From the NCBI RefSeq assembly GCF_009914755.1, contig NC_060942.1: 64,000 nt of DNA; one strand, given 5' to 3'. The position numbers were made by a program, and so were the translations under genes. Within the stretch, counting starts at the first letter, position 1; each line of letters starts with the position of its first letter. Source of the DNA: the human T2T-CHM13v2.0 reference genome, Homo sapiens. Below are positions 43,137 through 56,925 of the stretch, piece by piece. Below the pieces are notes generated by a model that was not told the origin of the DNA, searched no databases, and saw nothing but the letters and a program-made list of their open reading frames with translations.

Positions 43137-43199
43137 CAGGAGAGAGAAAAGGAGCTGCTTACAGAAGATGCTCCCTGGGGCAGCAGAGGCCAGAGCCAT
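43137..43199 (-). CDS. DSC1: DSC1 exon 1 coding part (MALASAAPGSIFCKQLLFSLL), 63 nt
   Basis: ATG at 43199-43197; donor CTG|GTGAGT; phase 0. Confidence 0.96.
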
Positions 43200-43800
43200 C
43201 AGAAGCAGTCCCAATGGCCAGGGACGGTGGCCAGATAACAGGGCAGCCTGGGATGCACAGAGCGGCTAAGAAGACGCTGGCACTTGCACAGGGTATTCTG
43301 CTGCCACCTTGATGCAGCTGAGCTTGGTTTGGAAGACAGTCCGGAGGCAAGTGATAAACAGTAGGAGGAGCAACGGGAGAATTTCTTTCCCCCTATTCCC
43401 TGGCCAGTCTCCTTCCTTCCAGTTCAATTACGTCTAAATGCAAAGAGGCTTTCCTACAAGTGAGGAGGGTGGGGTACAAAACACCCCAAAACCCAGTCAG
43501 TAGCTCCTCCTCACAGCAGCTTTCAAAATTTCTCTTGCCACTTAACACATAGGCAGAAGGAGGAGGGAACACCCTTCATCCTCAGCCCTCCTCCCTTTCC
43601 CCCAGGTTGATGCTGTGAAGTCCTCCCCAGTTATTACCCACTCCCACAGCCTCCCCTCCTTCTTGGCCTTATTAACCTGTCTTGCCCTCGGGTACAAACA
43701 TAAATTGTGCACAAACGCCATGCAAGGAAGTGATGCCTCCTCAACTGCCATTGGCAAATCAGAGGACCTAAGCGTGTGTAATCACACTCATCAGAAGTTA
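43200..43800 (-). promoter_or_regulatory. DSC1 5'UTR and proximal promoter (no CpG island)
   Basis: Repeat-free, relatively GC-rich region directly 5' of the ATG; no upstream ATG in 43200-43460; CACCC/KLF-type box GGAGGGTGGGG near 43464-43474; octamer-like ATGCAAAG near 43438; motifs alone are weak evidence. Confidence 0.6.
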
Positions 43801-45359
43801 TCTCCCATCTAAGCATTTAAGTGTCATCGGTCCTGTAGAACACTGTAGTTCTGCTAGAGAACTGGCATTCCAGTTTAAAGCAGCAACTTCATAAAGGCAT
43901 GGTATCTACTTCCTGTTATTGACTATTCACTGTGGTTGGTTCTCTAGATGTCACAGGAAACTTATCAGAATGTAAAGACTTCATAAAAGAAAGAGAATAA
44001 AGAAATAGCTAGCATATAATCTTTCTTGTGGCTTTCCTTTTGTTGTACAAGATGCCACTGCTTTTTACCTTTATATTTTTTCAAGGACAACTACAATCTT
44101 TGAGAGCAAGTCTCTCTAAAATCACTCTATTCACCCTAATTACTTGTACATTACACATAGGATATCCTAGCTTAATAGTACAATCAGGCCATCAAGTGTA
44201 GATTTTTTTAAACCCTAATGATTCCTCTAACAAGAGCTTTAGCATCATTATTCCTGTCCCAAATTAGTGAGCTCAGTGATACCAATTGCACTCAATGGCA
44301 GTGATGGAAGTTAGGACAGAAGGATAAATATTTTCAAATGTTAAGGTAGAGCCCAACACCCATGCTGCTGAGAAGGGAGGAAAGAAAGGTTTTCTTCAGC
44401 TTATTTGACAATGGGAACAATTTCTCCTTGTATGTAGAGACAGAAATAAATGTAACTGCTTCATTAGAATTAGAAGCTAGGAAGATTTGGAAAATGAATG
44501 ACCCAGGAGAAAAAAAACTAAAAGATATCTTGTAGTATTTTATTGCTAGTGGTATACCCACTAATAAACATATTTTGTGACTGCATTGGAATTTGATTTC
44601 TCAATCAGAAAATACAGTCATTTTAATGGAATATTTTTATATCTGGCGTTTTGGGAGAAAAGAATGGGAATATAGAAATAGAAAAATTACTTAGATGTAT
44701 GTGTGTACAGCCAAGTGTAATTCTGTGCATGTTTAAGCATCATCTAAGTATATATTTAGATAGATAGATAGACAGATAAATAGATAGTCATACAGCTTAA
44801 ATAATTCAAAGACAAATTCTCCAACCCTAGAAAATAGAAACACATTTTTTTCAGCTAATGAAGTTATCATTACCTTTTTCTATAACATGATATTCTCCAC
44901 TGAACTAGGAAGATATAGAAGAGCAAAATTAAATTGGTGTTACTGAAAAAATGGCATATATTGGTTGGATGAAGAGATTCCAGGCACTGCTCAATTCAAA
45001 TGAATCCAGAATACTCTCCACAGTTCTGGGAAGTTGATGTTCTGATCCTACTTCTTTTGGCCTACTTTCTGCGTGCTCTCTTTTCCCATTATCTATCTTT
45101 CTCAAAGGTAATAGAAAAACTTGTGTAAAAGCTAACCCCAAATTATTGGTTTGCAAATCTGTTACATTACTATTTCTCCCATATTTTGTATTTGCACACA
45201 AAGGTTTCCTAAAAATAAAATATAGGCACTTTATAGGAAAAAATAATTTATTATTACAAATTATTGACTCTTCCTTAAACGTGAATCTACCTTAAAATTA
45301 AATGAAAACAAGACATATTTCTTCCAATTTTCTGGCATTAGATCATTCAGTAAGAGCTC

Positions 45360-45733
45360 TGTCTTAGTCTGTTTTCTGCTGCTGTAAAGAAATACCATAG
45401 CCTGGGTAATTTATTAAAAAACAAAACAAAACAAAAACAGAAATTTGTTTGGTTCATGGTTCAGGAGCCTGGAAAGTCCAAGAGCATGGCATGGGCATCT
45501 GATGAGGGTCATCCCATGATGGAAGGCAGAAGACAGAAGCCAGTGCACAAGACAGACAGGGAAGTGGCCTAACTTATCCAGTTATCAGAAGTCCACTCTG
45601 ATGATAACTAACCCACTCCCGAGGGTGGGGACTTCATGGCATAATCAACTTTTAAAGGTCCCACCTCCTAACACCATTACAACGGCAACAAAATTTCAAC
45701 ATGACTTTTGGCAGGGACATTCAAACCACTGCA
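45360..45733 (-). mobile_element. MST-type MaLR solo LTR
   Basis: tgtcttagtctgttttctgctgct...ctggaaagtccaagagcatggc...gacattcaaacc. Confidence 0.8.
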
Positions 45734-45804
45734 AGCTCTATTTTATTTTTATTTCTATCTGTATGTTTGTTTGTTTTAACCTATGTCTAAATTAATAAGC
45801 TTAA

Positions 45805-46045
45805 GCAAAAGATTGTTAGTGGTTAACAACTTGGACTTAGAAGCTAGACTGCCTGGGTGCAAATCCTCTCTTTACTACTTATTCGCAGTATAACCCCTAG
45901 GCAAGTTAGTTAACTCTTCTGTGCCTCGGTCTCTTTATAACATGGGGACAATAATAGTGGCTAATTCATAGGTTGTTATGAAGATTAAATGTGATATTAT
46001 AAAGAAAATACTTCCAACAGTGTCTGGCTCAGAGCAAGCACTAAT
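45805..46045 (+). mobile_element. MIR
   Basis: gactgcctgggtgcaaatcc...ggcaagttagttaactcttctgtgcctcgg...gttgttatgaagattaaatg. Confidence 0.75.
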
Positions 46046-48698
46046 ATTTTACACCATATAATTGCCTAGGCATGCAATAAAAAGTTGAAGAGACTGAACT
46101 TCAAATGAAACAAACACAAAGTTATTGCAAATCCAAGGTCTGTTATGTAGAGGCTACCTAAAGATACATGAATAGGTTTATTCATTGAACAAGTAGTTAA
46201 GGGGTTACATACTGGGCTCTGGCCTTTGCTAGGAGAAAAGCATCATATAGGGTGAAAAAAAGAAGACAGAAATCTTATGACGTTAAAATAAAGGCACACT
46301 TTATGGTGAAGAACATGCAGTTATCTTTCCAGTTCAAAAGATAAGATAAAAAGAGGCACTGCAGCAAATATTAAATATATTAGCCATTTAAAGAGAAATT
46401 AAGAACAATGATTAAATGTTGAGAAACCCCTATAGAAGAAAATATTTTATTTTAAATACATAAGTATTGCATAATCTGTTTTCTACCACACATTTATGGT
46501 CATACAGAGAAAGATTTAAATGTAAAGATCCACATGACTCTTGTATTTCTTTAGTTTTTTTTTTTTTAACCTTAAGGCACATCAAGGAAAAACACCTTTT
46601 TATAAATTTAAATAATATATTTTATGGAAATACAGTGACAAATTTCATTAGAGATTTTTTTTATGACCAACTTACAGAAAGGGCTCATTATGAATAAATT
46701 CAGGGCCTCAAAAAAGCCATTTACAGAGAGAACCATTATCTCTGTAAGATGACCTAATTTATTCTAAAAGACTCCTAGACTGGTAGGAATGCTGTACACA
46801 TTGATGAAGCCATTACAAGGCACTTTGGGTTAAATATGAATGACTAAATATACCAAAAACTACAGGTGTAAAAAAAGGGTTTGTGAGTTTAGTATGGGTG
46901 AAGTGTATGAACAAAGAAAAAGAACTGTTAGCTATTAAAAAAAAAAAAAAAAAAAGCTTGGCTCCCATGAGTTCAGTGTACTGCAGTGGAAACTCCTTCA
47001 ATCTCACTAGACTCACAGTCTTTTGCCTGGGTAAAGGGCTATTAAAACTTAGAAGTAACTCATGTGCACTAATAATTACTAACAATGATTTCCTAAGGCT
47101 GTTTGCGTAGAATAGTGATTAATTTTATATAAAATAATCACTCCCCATTATTATCAAAACTGTTGTCAAACCTATGAAAAGAAACATTAGCACACATCTC
47201 TGGGTAGTTCAGAACTCTTTCTATTCAGCCCACATACCTAACTCAAACTGGCTTAAGAGAAAACAAAACAAAATTATTGAGGACAAAAGGATTTGCTAGG
47301 TCATGTAACTGGAAGGCTGGGGGTAGCCTAACTCAGATTTAAGCATAAATTCTCTCCATCTCTTAGCTCCGCCTTTTTTTGTGTTGGTTTCATTATTTCA
47401 GTTTTGCCCAGTGTGGAGGCAAAGATCACCACCAGAACCTCCAGGATTTCAACAATGAATGGTTTAGCAAGTCATTGTTGAAAGAATATGTCTTGTTCCC
47501 AATAGTTTGAGCAAAACACAATCCTTCTGGCCTGAATCTTTTACATAAACCTAAAGTCAAGTGGTGGACCTGACCACATGGGCAAAAAGTGGTGAAGAAG
47601 TGACTGCCCAAAGATAACACTAGGCTAGACAGAAAAAAAGGATAAAAAGTAACTAGACAAGCAAATCAACAGATGTCCACTAAACTTACTGTTTCAAATT
47701 GTTATTTCAATAATACTAGTTAGTTATTCATCACTTATGTATTAGCACCTCCTGTATGCTGAGTATTACCAGTGGTGCTGATTATACAGAATTGAAGAAG
47801 ACATGATATCTCCCTTCATGGAGCTTACACTTTACTGTACGGTTTGAAAATTAGTTAAAGTAGTTTCTATGATGTTCAGGATTAAAATCCTGGTGAAATG
47901 AATATAACAAATACTTTAGATTTTTTTTTATTTATTGCTATTTTCTCCAATTATTATTTCCTTTGGTGGTCTTCAAAGTTACACGTTTGAAAAGTATTTT
48001 TTAATGTGGATGGAATCTTACTATCAATTACTTATACATTAAGAATCACATTATTAAATGTTGATTTTAAGCATGGTAATATATACTCACTAAAGATAAT
48101 CTTTTTAATATACATGTTTCCAGTCCGGTTTCTGTGTATAGAATTTTTAACATTATTATACTTGCACTATGAATGTAATTTTGTAGCATGCTTTCTCCTA
48201 GTTATAAAATCTGTCCTATGTCATGACAACTCTATATAGCTACCATGTTAATGACTGTAATCAGTTCCTTCAAATAACTATATCACAACTGATTTAACCA
48301 GTTCCTAACATTGAACATTTAAGTTGTTTTCAATTTTTCATTATTATAAAGACCACCCTAATACATAAATCTTTTTTCTGAACTCAGGATTATTTCTTGA
48401 GATGTAGACCCACAAACAGAAGTTCTAGGTCAAAATATAAGAAACATAATGGTTTTTGGTATATAAAGCTAACCTGCATCTCCAAAGCAGAATACCAATA
48501 TACCTTCTTACTGTCAATATAACAGTAAATATCCTAGTAAGAATTGAATATAGTCATTTAATTTTTTAAAATCTTGCTGTGTTGATGAGAAAGAAATTAT
48601 AGACATGATTTGAATTTGAATTATTTGCCTATTCATGATGTTGAGTACTTTTTCATGACTTCCAAGCAGTTGCATTTTCTCTTATGATGCATATGCAC

Positions 48699-49002
48699 TT
48701 TTTTTTTTTTTGAGAGACAGAGTTTCACTCTTTGGCCCAGGCTGGAGCGAAGTGGCGGGATCTTGGCTCACTGTAACTTCCGACCCCATCCCCACCCGAG
48801 TTCAAGCGATTCTCCTGCCTCAGCCTCCCCAGTAGCTGGGATTACAGGCGTCCACCACCACGCCCAGCTAATTTTTGTATTTTTAGTAGAGATGGAGTTT
48901 CACCATGTTGGCCAGGCTGGTCTCAAGCTCCTGACCTCAGGTGTTCCAGGCTTCGGCCTACCAAAGTGCTGGGATTACAGGTGTGAGCCACAGCACCTGG
49001 CC
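48699..49002 (-). mobile_element. Alu (AluS-like)
   Basis: Both arms; flanking repeat TATGCACTTTT. Confidence 0.92.
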
Positions 49003-50417
49003 TCTATGCACTTTTAATACCTCAGCAGGTATTTGGAACTATGAGAAAATTATAACATTTAAAATAAACCAAAGAAGTTAACAAGTAAATCTCTCTCTTA
49101 AATGGGGTTTCCTTTGAGATCAGAAAGTTGTTACTCCTTTTAATACCTAGCCTTTTATTATATGTTTGTGATTGAATCCGATGACAGTGAAATCGAATTT
49201 TTGTTTTATAAGTTGGTTGAAAACCTAATCTTTCCTGAGAAACTATTGGCATTTTTGGAACTAACAACCACAAAACTCACCCAGAGCATTATAAATTGAT
49301 TTGTTGGCTAGATTGAAATGCAGGTGTTGTTACTTGTATAGCAAATGTGGTGCATACTCAAAGAAACCATTTCTATTTCTTTGCTATTGAACTAAATATA
49401 AAACCAAATCCTCAAGGTTTCTGCACCTTGTTTTGGACGTAACAAAAATGAATCTCTATTGATTGGTTTCTGAATAGTGTTTCATAAAATGCCCTTAAGA
49501 ATTTATCTTACCTAAGGTTAATCGAACAAACAAACCATAAACTCAATGGCTCAGATGCTGCTTTGTGGGTCTAAGGGTGAAGATGAAGGATTAAATTGCT
49601 GATCTTTCCAATGATCACTATAAACTGCTGCTATTTCTATGTACTGAAAAATTAGAAAGATGAAAATGGAAGACTGAAACTATTTTACGTGATCAAATAA
49701 AACACTTTCTCCTGTAGGGATGTGGATAGAGAAGATGACAGATTGTGCTGTCTTTTGGTAAAAGTTTCCTTTTCCACAGAGAAATTTAAACTAGAATATT
49801 TCTGAGAATTATTTCCTGTACCTTGGAGATGTTTGTGAGTGCCTGCAAGCTTGTCTTTCACCTAAGACAAATCAAAGGTCTCAGGTACAATGAAAAACTG
49901 AGCTTTACCTCAGTTTAACGTAAGCTACTATGTTGAATCTCTTCCTATTTTGCTACTATTCTGAAAGGTACGTTATAGTACGTTTCATCAAAGCTCTGGT
50001 GGTGTTATCTTAGATGAAATAATTTAATTTTTAAGGAATGTATTTCTTTACCACTATATCCTATAGATTTTTCTAATGGAAGGGAAGGAGGGTGGAGATT
50101 AGGTTGTTGTCATTACTTGTAATTAGGATATAAAGTTTTCCTAGTGAGGGAGAAGCATGTACAGATTCACACCATGAACAACTTAAGACAGGATATTGGC
50201 CAAAGCTAGAAAGTAGGCTGGGCGTGGTAGCTCACACCTGTAATCCCAACACTTTGGGAGGCCAGGGTGGGCGGATCACTAGAGCTCAGGAGTTTGACAC
50301 TAGTCTGGACAACATAGGGAAACCCTGTCTCACCAAAAAAATATAAATGTTAGCCGGTCATGGTGGTGCACGCCTGTAATCCCAGCTACCCAGGAGGCTG
50401 AGATAAGAGGATCGACT

Positions 50418-50513
50418 GGGAGCTGCGGTGGCTCTGGCCGGTTGCCCTGGCGTGCAAGGAGGAGAGGCTATGCGTTCGAGGCCAACCTGGGCAAAACTGA
50501 ATAAATAAATAAT
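50418..50513 (+). ncRNA. Candidate ASR/CAS (Alu/snaR-related) Pol III small-RNA retrocopy
   Basis: GGAGCTGCGGTGGCTCTGGCCGGTTGCCC...GTTCGAGGCCAACCTGG plus A-rich tail; resembles recalled snaR motifs TGGCTCAGGCCGGTTGC and GTTCGAGGCCAGCCTGG. Confidence 0.7.
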
Positions 50514-50971
<458 letters not shown>

Positions 50972-53693
50972 TTATTTTATTGTGCTTGGACTTGAGAGTA
51001 ATTTTCATGTAAATTTCAGTATTTGTTTTGTTTTTATTTTTCCCTATGTTGCAAAAAAACGTATTTGTATGTGTGTGTGTACACAGAGAGAAAGAGAGAG
51101 AGAGAGAGAGAGAGGAAGGAGACCACCAACCCAAGGCTAGTGAGAGAATTACAGGGGGAAGGAACCAAGTCACAGAAATGAGGCGTCTACAACTTACGTT
51201 GGTTCTTGAGTAGGCTAGAAAATACTCTGTTTACTAGGGTGTACTAGAAAATGGAGATATCTGATATAGTTTGAAGAATAGTTGGCTTGTACCACTAAAA
51301 ACAAACAAAATGTAAAGCATTTTATAGTTCTATTTTTTAAGATAAATAGTTGTACACATGTCACTGAACAAATAGAACAGTTAAAATCACAACACTGAAG
51401 ATTTTTTAATGTTGTGACACAAAATTAGAGAATGTAGTGATAATAAGCTAGTTAATGGAAAACACCCGAGGTTATACATTTTAAATAATATGCTTGATTA
51501 AAATATAACAAATGAATAAAAGAGAAGAAAAAGAGAGAGAAGGCATGAAAAAAATGGAGAAGATGAAGGAGGATGGAAGAATGAATTAATTCAACTGGTT
51601 TTATTGAGTGGCTATTATGTGTTATGCACTGCATCAGGATATGCTCAAATAAACGTGAAAAGTGACATTATCACAGTAAGTTCAGGGTATGAGGGCAGCA
51701 GATTGGAGTGACAATTAGACAACTCAGAGGAGACAGGGCAGGGAGATCTTTTCAGAAATTTGACATATGAAGTGATGTGCAGGAATTTGTCAAGCAAGAA
51801 GGAAGGAGAAAAAGGCATCCCATGTTGGTAGAGCAACAAACACTGCACAAAGAAGGCAGAGAGCAAGATTTACATGATTAAAGCAGCTCTGTGTGGCTAG
51901 AAAAAGGAAAACACAATGAAAATGATGTTAGTTTTAGAGCTGATTAAGAAAAACACCATAAATCAACTTCAAGTCATCTGTCTGAGCCATGAAACTTAAC
52001 AGGTGTCTTGCCCTACATGAGAAAGCCTAAACAAACACAACATTTCCTTCAATTAGAAGTACCAGAAACTGTGTTAAATTGATTTTCTAGGTCCCTGAAG
52101 CAAAAGACCCTAAAGAGTGGTGTTTCTAAGGTTATTAGTTATTCCGGTTTTAACTCCTTTTTTTTCAAGTTTTAAAATTTGAAATAAATTTGATCTTAAA
52201 AATAATAAAATAATGTACTATAGTTTCATATATATATATCTCATTTAATCCTCCATTTTCCAAATGAGAAAACTCAGAAACAAAAAGGATTTGCCCCAGG
52301 TCACACCATTAATCTTGCATAGAGCCTGGATTTAGGTCTTTGATGGCAAGTCTGTGGATCTGGGTTACTGGTTTGAGTAGATAATTGGAGAAAAATAAAA
52401 AATCAAAGCTATAAGATAAGAGTTAGAATTGGATGCTGGGGCATCTGTGAATTTTAGTTAAAAGAAATAGCAAACACTGGGAAAATCTTTAATACTGTCA
52501 GTTATGCCATACAACAAATAGACAAAACACACATTAAAAAGAAATATTTTCTCAGGTATCTATATTTCTATTTCATTAATAAAGTATATAAGAACTTTTA
52601 ATTTTCAGTTATAGTGTATAATGGACACAAAGGATACAGGATGGAAAAAGAAAGAGAAGATAGTAGCCCATGAATATTTTTAGATTAAACTACATTAAAC
52701 TACTTATCCACTTTACATTTGTGTTAACTGTGGTTTTGTTTATGTAAATGGATTAGGAGCAATTAACATTAAACAAAAGAAACTACACCCTTTAAAGCCT
52801 ACTCCCTTTATGAAATGGCCTCATTTAGCCACTGGGCTCAAATTATCATTGCGTTATAGTGCTTCTGCAATCAACTAGTAACAGACAATACCCCTACAGT
52901 GGGATAATTCAAAGAAAATGAGTCTAGAAAATGCTGAGTTTAGGAAATTCCTAATTTCACCCTTAGAGTCTGGATTCAGATTGAGATGGGCCCAATATTT
53001 TGCCAGACCTCCAGATAGTGCTAGTCCAGAAGAAGTTCACTATTTATTAATAAGTACCTTTTATGTGTCTAGTACACTGCTGGCAGTATGAGAAAAATAA
53101 AATGAATAGGGGAGAACAATTGTGCCCTAAAAATGCATCACATCAAATCAAGGGTACATGCTCTCAAGGGTACATTACACTTGTTTTGAAACATGTTAAG
53201 AAGAAGAAAACCATTCAAAGGAAGATAACTAGAGAGAAATATTTAAATGCATTATTAAGAAAGAGTCAGGATTAGAGGGATGAGATTACTTGGCTGAATT
53301 CACATGGCTTATAAGTAGACAGGCCAAGACTCAAACCCAATTGTTCTGAATTCAAATTTATTATTTCTTTTTCCACTTCATTGGGTTATAATGGATATTA
53401 AATGAGGTACTATCTTAATGGTCCCACCAGTGGAGTGCTGAAACTTCTTGTCCTCGTTCACTAGAGTTGACTGTGCATGTCTTTCAAAATCTGTAGCTTG
53501 AAATCAGCTATGGTGGGAGTATTTATATCACAAAAATCATCAAATGTCATAAGTTAGTGTTTTCTCTAATTTTTTTTTCTGGAAAAATGCTGGTTGTTAA
53601 ACATTGACCAAAATAACATTGGTTGTCTGTGCTATTTGTTTTGTTTTGTTTTAGACCTGAATAATTTTATTCCATCTCCTATGTGAACTTAAA

Positions 53694-53715
53694 TACACAC
53701 ACACACCCCCACACG

Positions 53716-53758
<43 letters not shown>

Positions 53759-53772
53759 CATATATAATATAT
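53694..53772. repeat. Compound (CA)n/(TG)n/(TA)n microsatellite
   Basis: Direct reading. Confidence 0.9.
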
Positions 53773-54175
53773 AATGTTTCATGTTCTTGTAGAAGAATTA
53801 AAACGAAGTAAACTTGTTAAGCCTAAGAAGTAAAAACTATCTGAAGAAGGTTTGGCAATCTGAGTAAAAACTACCTACAGTAAAAATGGAAGAATATAGT
53901 GAAGAAGGAAAATATACCCCATGAGTTATTGTCACAAAATATGTTATTTTGTTGTTGTTATTGTTGTTGATGATGCTGATGATGTTTTATTCATTTTTGT
54001 TTGTTTTGTTTGCTTGTTAAATGTGAAAAGTCTACTATGTCTGGAGCAGCAACTAGATATTTACCTTCTTAATATAGGTTGCAAAAAGAAATGTGCATTT
54101 CTAGAACCTCATGCCAATTTGTGAAGTACAAATGTAACAGTTACTGTAAATTAGAATGCTACATGTAATCTTTAT

Positions 54176-54400
54176 TGTGTTTTTTTTTTTCATTTTTTTT
54201 TTTTTAAACATGGAGTCTTGCTCTGCTGCCCAGGCTGGAGTACAGTGGTGCAATCTAGTTCACTGCAGCCTCAAACTCCCGGGATTAAGCAATCCTTCCA
54301 CTTTAGCTTCCCAAGTAGCTAAAGTTCCAAGTAGGGACTACAGGCATGCACCACCAGTTCAGGTAGGTTTTTTAAAATTTATTTATTGTAGACATTGGGT
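54176..54400 (-). mobile_element. Partial AluJ-like element (right arm)
   Basis: Poly-T, ggagtcttgctctgctgcccaggctggagtacagtgg, cactgcagcctcaaactcc. Confidence 0.82.
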
Positions 54401-55249
54401 TACATGTAATACTTAAACTATGAAAATATAGAAGGAGTTCCTTCCTCCCTATCCCAGCTATTAGTTAGAGTTAGGGTTGGGGTATGAAAGGGAGGAAGGA
54501 ACTCTGTCTATATTTTGATCCCTGTTTGGACGATACCCGTGTCAAAAGAAGCAGTTTTGTGTGGAGTCTCATTGGGTGACCTCACTTGAAAAGCTCAAGC
54601 AAAATGGAACACTCTTTCCACCCTAATTAACTCCCACATGAGGATGAGGATGAGGTGTTCTAGCAGCAAAGACTTGAAGGAAACAAGAAAATGTGCTTGA
54701 TTATCTGGCATTCTGTACCCAGTAGTGTCAGACTCTAAGAATGTCCATTATGAATCCCAAATTCATTTGAATAGAAGATGGTAATTTCAAATTTAGTGAG
54801 GAAAGAAGCATCTAATTATAAAGAAAGAGCTGCTTCCCTAAAGAAAAATATCATTTGAAAAGGACTTTTTAGTGTTTACAGTGATTAAATATACACAGGT
54901 ATTTTACCACTATTTAGTTTATTGTTTTAATATTTTGTGTATGTATTTTACACACACATACACACGCACACATATACACTTGTATGTGTATATATAAAAG
55001 TATACATATAATCTCAAATTGGTTCCTAAATGCTGGGAAAGGGGTTAATGGAAAAACCAAATACATAAACAATATAAACAATCACAGACAGGAAAAGTAA
55101 ATGTTACCTTTTTTACAGTAAAAGTAAATGTTAAAAGGAAACTTTTTTTTCAACAACAGGTAGCACTAAGGTGAGTTTGAGGAAATTTTGTCAAGAAGCA
55201 CAAAACAGACTGGTCTAGCTTGTCTTGCATTTTTAGTAGATGTCCTGAA

Positions 55250-55480
55250 CTAGTGTTTCCTAACCTTGGCTAATTATCAGAATGCTGCCTAGGTCAGGGG
55301 TTCTCAATCTTGGCTGCACATTTTAATTGGTTGTAGATTTTTTTTTTAAATATTCATGTCTGGGCCCCACCCTAGACCAATTAAGTCAGAAGCTTTGGGA
55401 TTGGAGCTCAGGCACATGTGTTTAAAAAATGATTACAGGTGATTTTAATGTGCTACCAAGAATGAGATCTACCGGTTTAG
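55250..55480. mobile_element. MER5A-like MITE
   Basis: caggggttctcaatcttggctgcacatt...tctgggccccaccctagaccaattaagtcagaa...caggtgattttaatgtgc. Confidence 0.7.
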
Positions 55481-56478
55481 ATAAAAAATGTGCTAAAAGA
55501 ATACCACTCCAAAACAAGAACCAATAAAATCATAATGAGTGCATCTTCAATTTGTTAATCACTATAGAAATTTAGAAGAAAAAGTAGAGAATTAGAGACA
55601 TTTCTAGATGTTTTCGTGACTACAAATGGGTGTATCTATTCCTTCTGCTTGTCATTTCATGTATTTATTTTGGAATAGGTAGAGAAGTAAAACGAACGGA
55701 AGAAACAAAGTGGAAGAAGTCCCAAGCATATTCTGAGTATTTAAAATCTCCAAAGGCATTTCGCCCATTCCCCTAACAATTAAACTTGAGCTTATTCTAT
55801 GTGTATAAATATATATTTGTTATTTAAGACTTTCCTTTAAAACTTTTTATTGATACATAATTGTATATGTTTATGAAGTATATGTGATATTTTGATACCT
55901 GCATACAAGGTTTAATGACCAAATCAGAGTATCCATTACCTCAAACATTTATTATTTCCTTGTGTTGAGAATATTCCAAATATTCTCTTTAACAACTTCC
56001 TTATTTTCATTATCCAGTCTTTGTAGAGAAAATGTATTTCTTACATTTGAATAAATTAAAAGTGATAGATAAATAAAAGATGACTAGGATTATGATTGTC
56101 TGAAAAATATTATGTTTTAAATGTTATATTTTGTTTTCAGTTTAGATTAAGTGTAAATACCATTATTATTTATTCAAAAAATATAGAATTAATGTAACTG
56201 TCAGGTACAATTTACAAAGTTAGCATATTTATCTGTATTTTTTTTTCTTTTTTTGAACAGACAGGTGAAATGCTTTACTTTGCACTCACTGAATTAGAAA
56301 GATTTATTTTGCTTTCACACACTCTGTGGTATATTCTAATTTACAGGCCCCAAGAAAGAAAGTGTATCCATTTTGTTTGAGTTTTTTTGTTTGTTTTTAG
56401 GATGCATTGCAAAGTTATAGGCAAATTGTGTATTTTCATTCATTTAATACATATTATAGGTATTTCCGAGTCTATGTT

Positions 56479-56925
56479 TGTATCCTTTTGCTAGGTCTCC
56501 CATATAAAATACCACAAACTGGGTCACTTAAACAACAAAAATTTATTGTCTCACAAATCTGGAGACCAGAAATCTAAAATCAGGGTGTTGATAGGCTTCA
56601 TCTACAAGTCAAAGCCCTTCAAAGCCCTTCTAAGGGCTATGAGGGAATGATCTGTTCCAGACACCTCTCTTTGACTTGTAGATGGCCGTCTTCTCACTAT
56701 GTCTCATCATATCTTCTTCACTCTGTGTGTCTCTATCTCTGTGTCCAAATTTCCCCTTTATATAAGGACATTAGTCCTGTGAGATTGGGGCTCACCCTTA
56801 AAGACTCCATCTTAACTAATTACTTCTACAATGACCTTGTTTCCAAAAGAGGTCATATTTTGAGATCTTAAGGGTTAGGGCTTCAACATACAAACTTGGC
56901 GGGGCATGCGATTCAACCCATATCA
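56479..56925 (-). mobile_element. MLT1-family MaLR solo LTR
   Basis: aataccacaaactgggtcacttaaacaac...atttattgtctcaca...gttagggcttcaacata...attcaacccata. Confidence 0.82.

Noticed and set aside
43159-43350. 63-aa upstream ORF overlapping the DSC1 start
   Set aside because: It begins at TTG, not ATG. There is no upstream ATG in this 5'UTR interval and no support for initiation.
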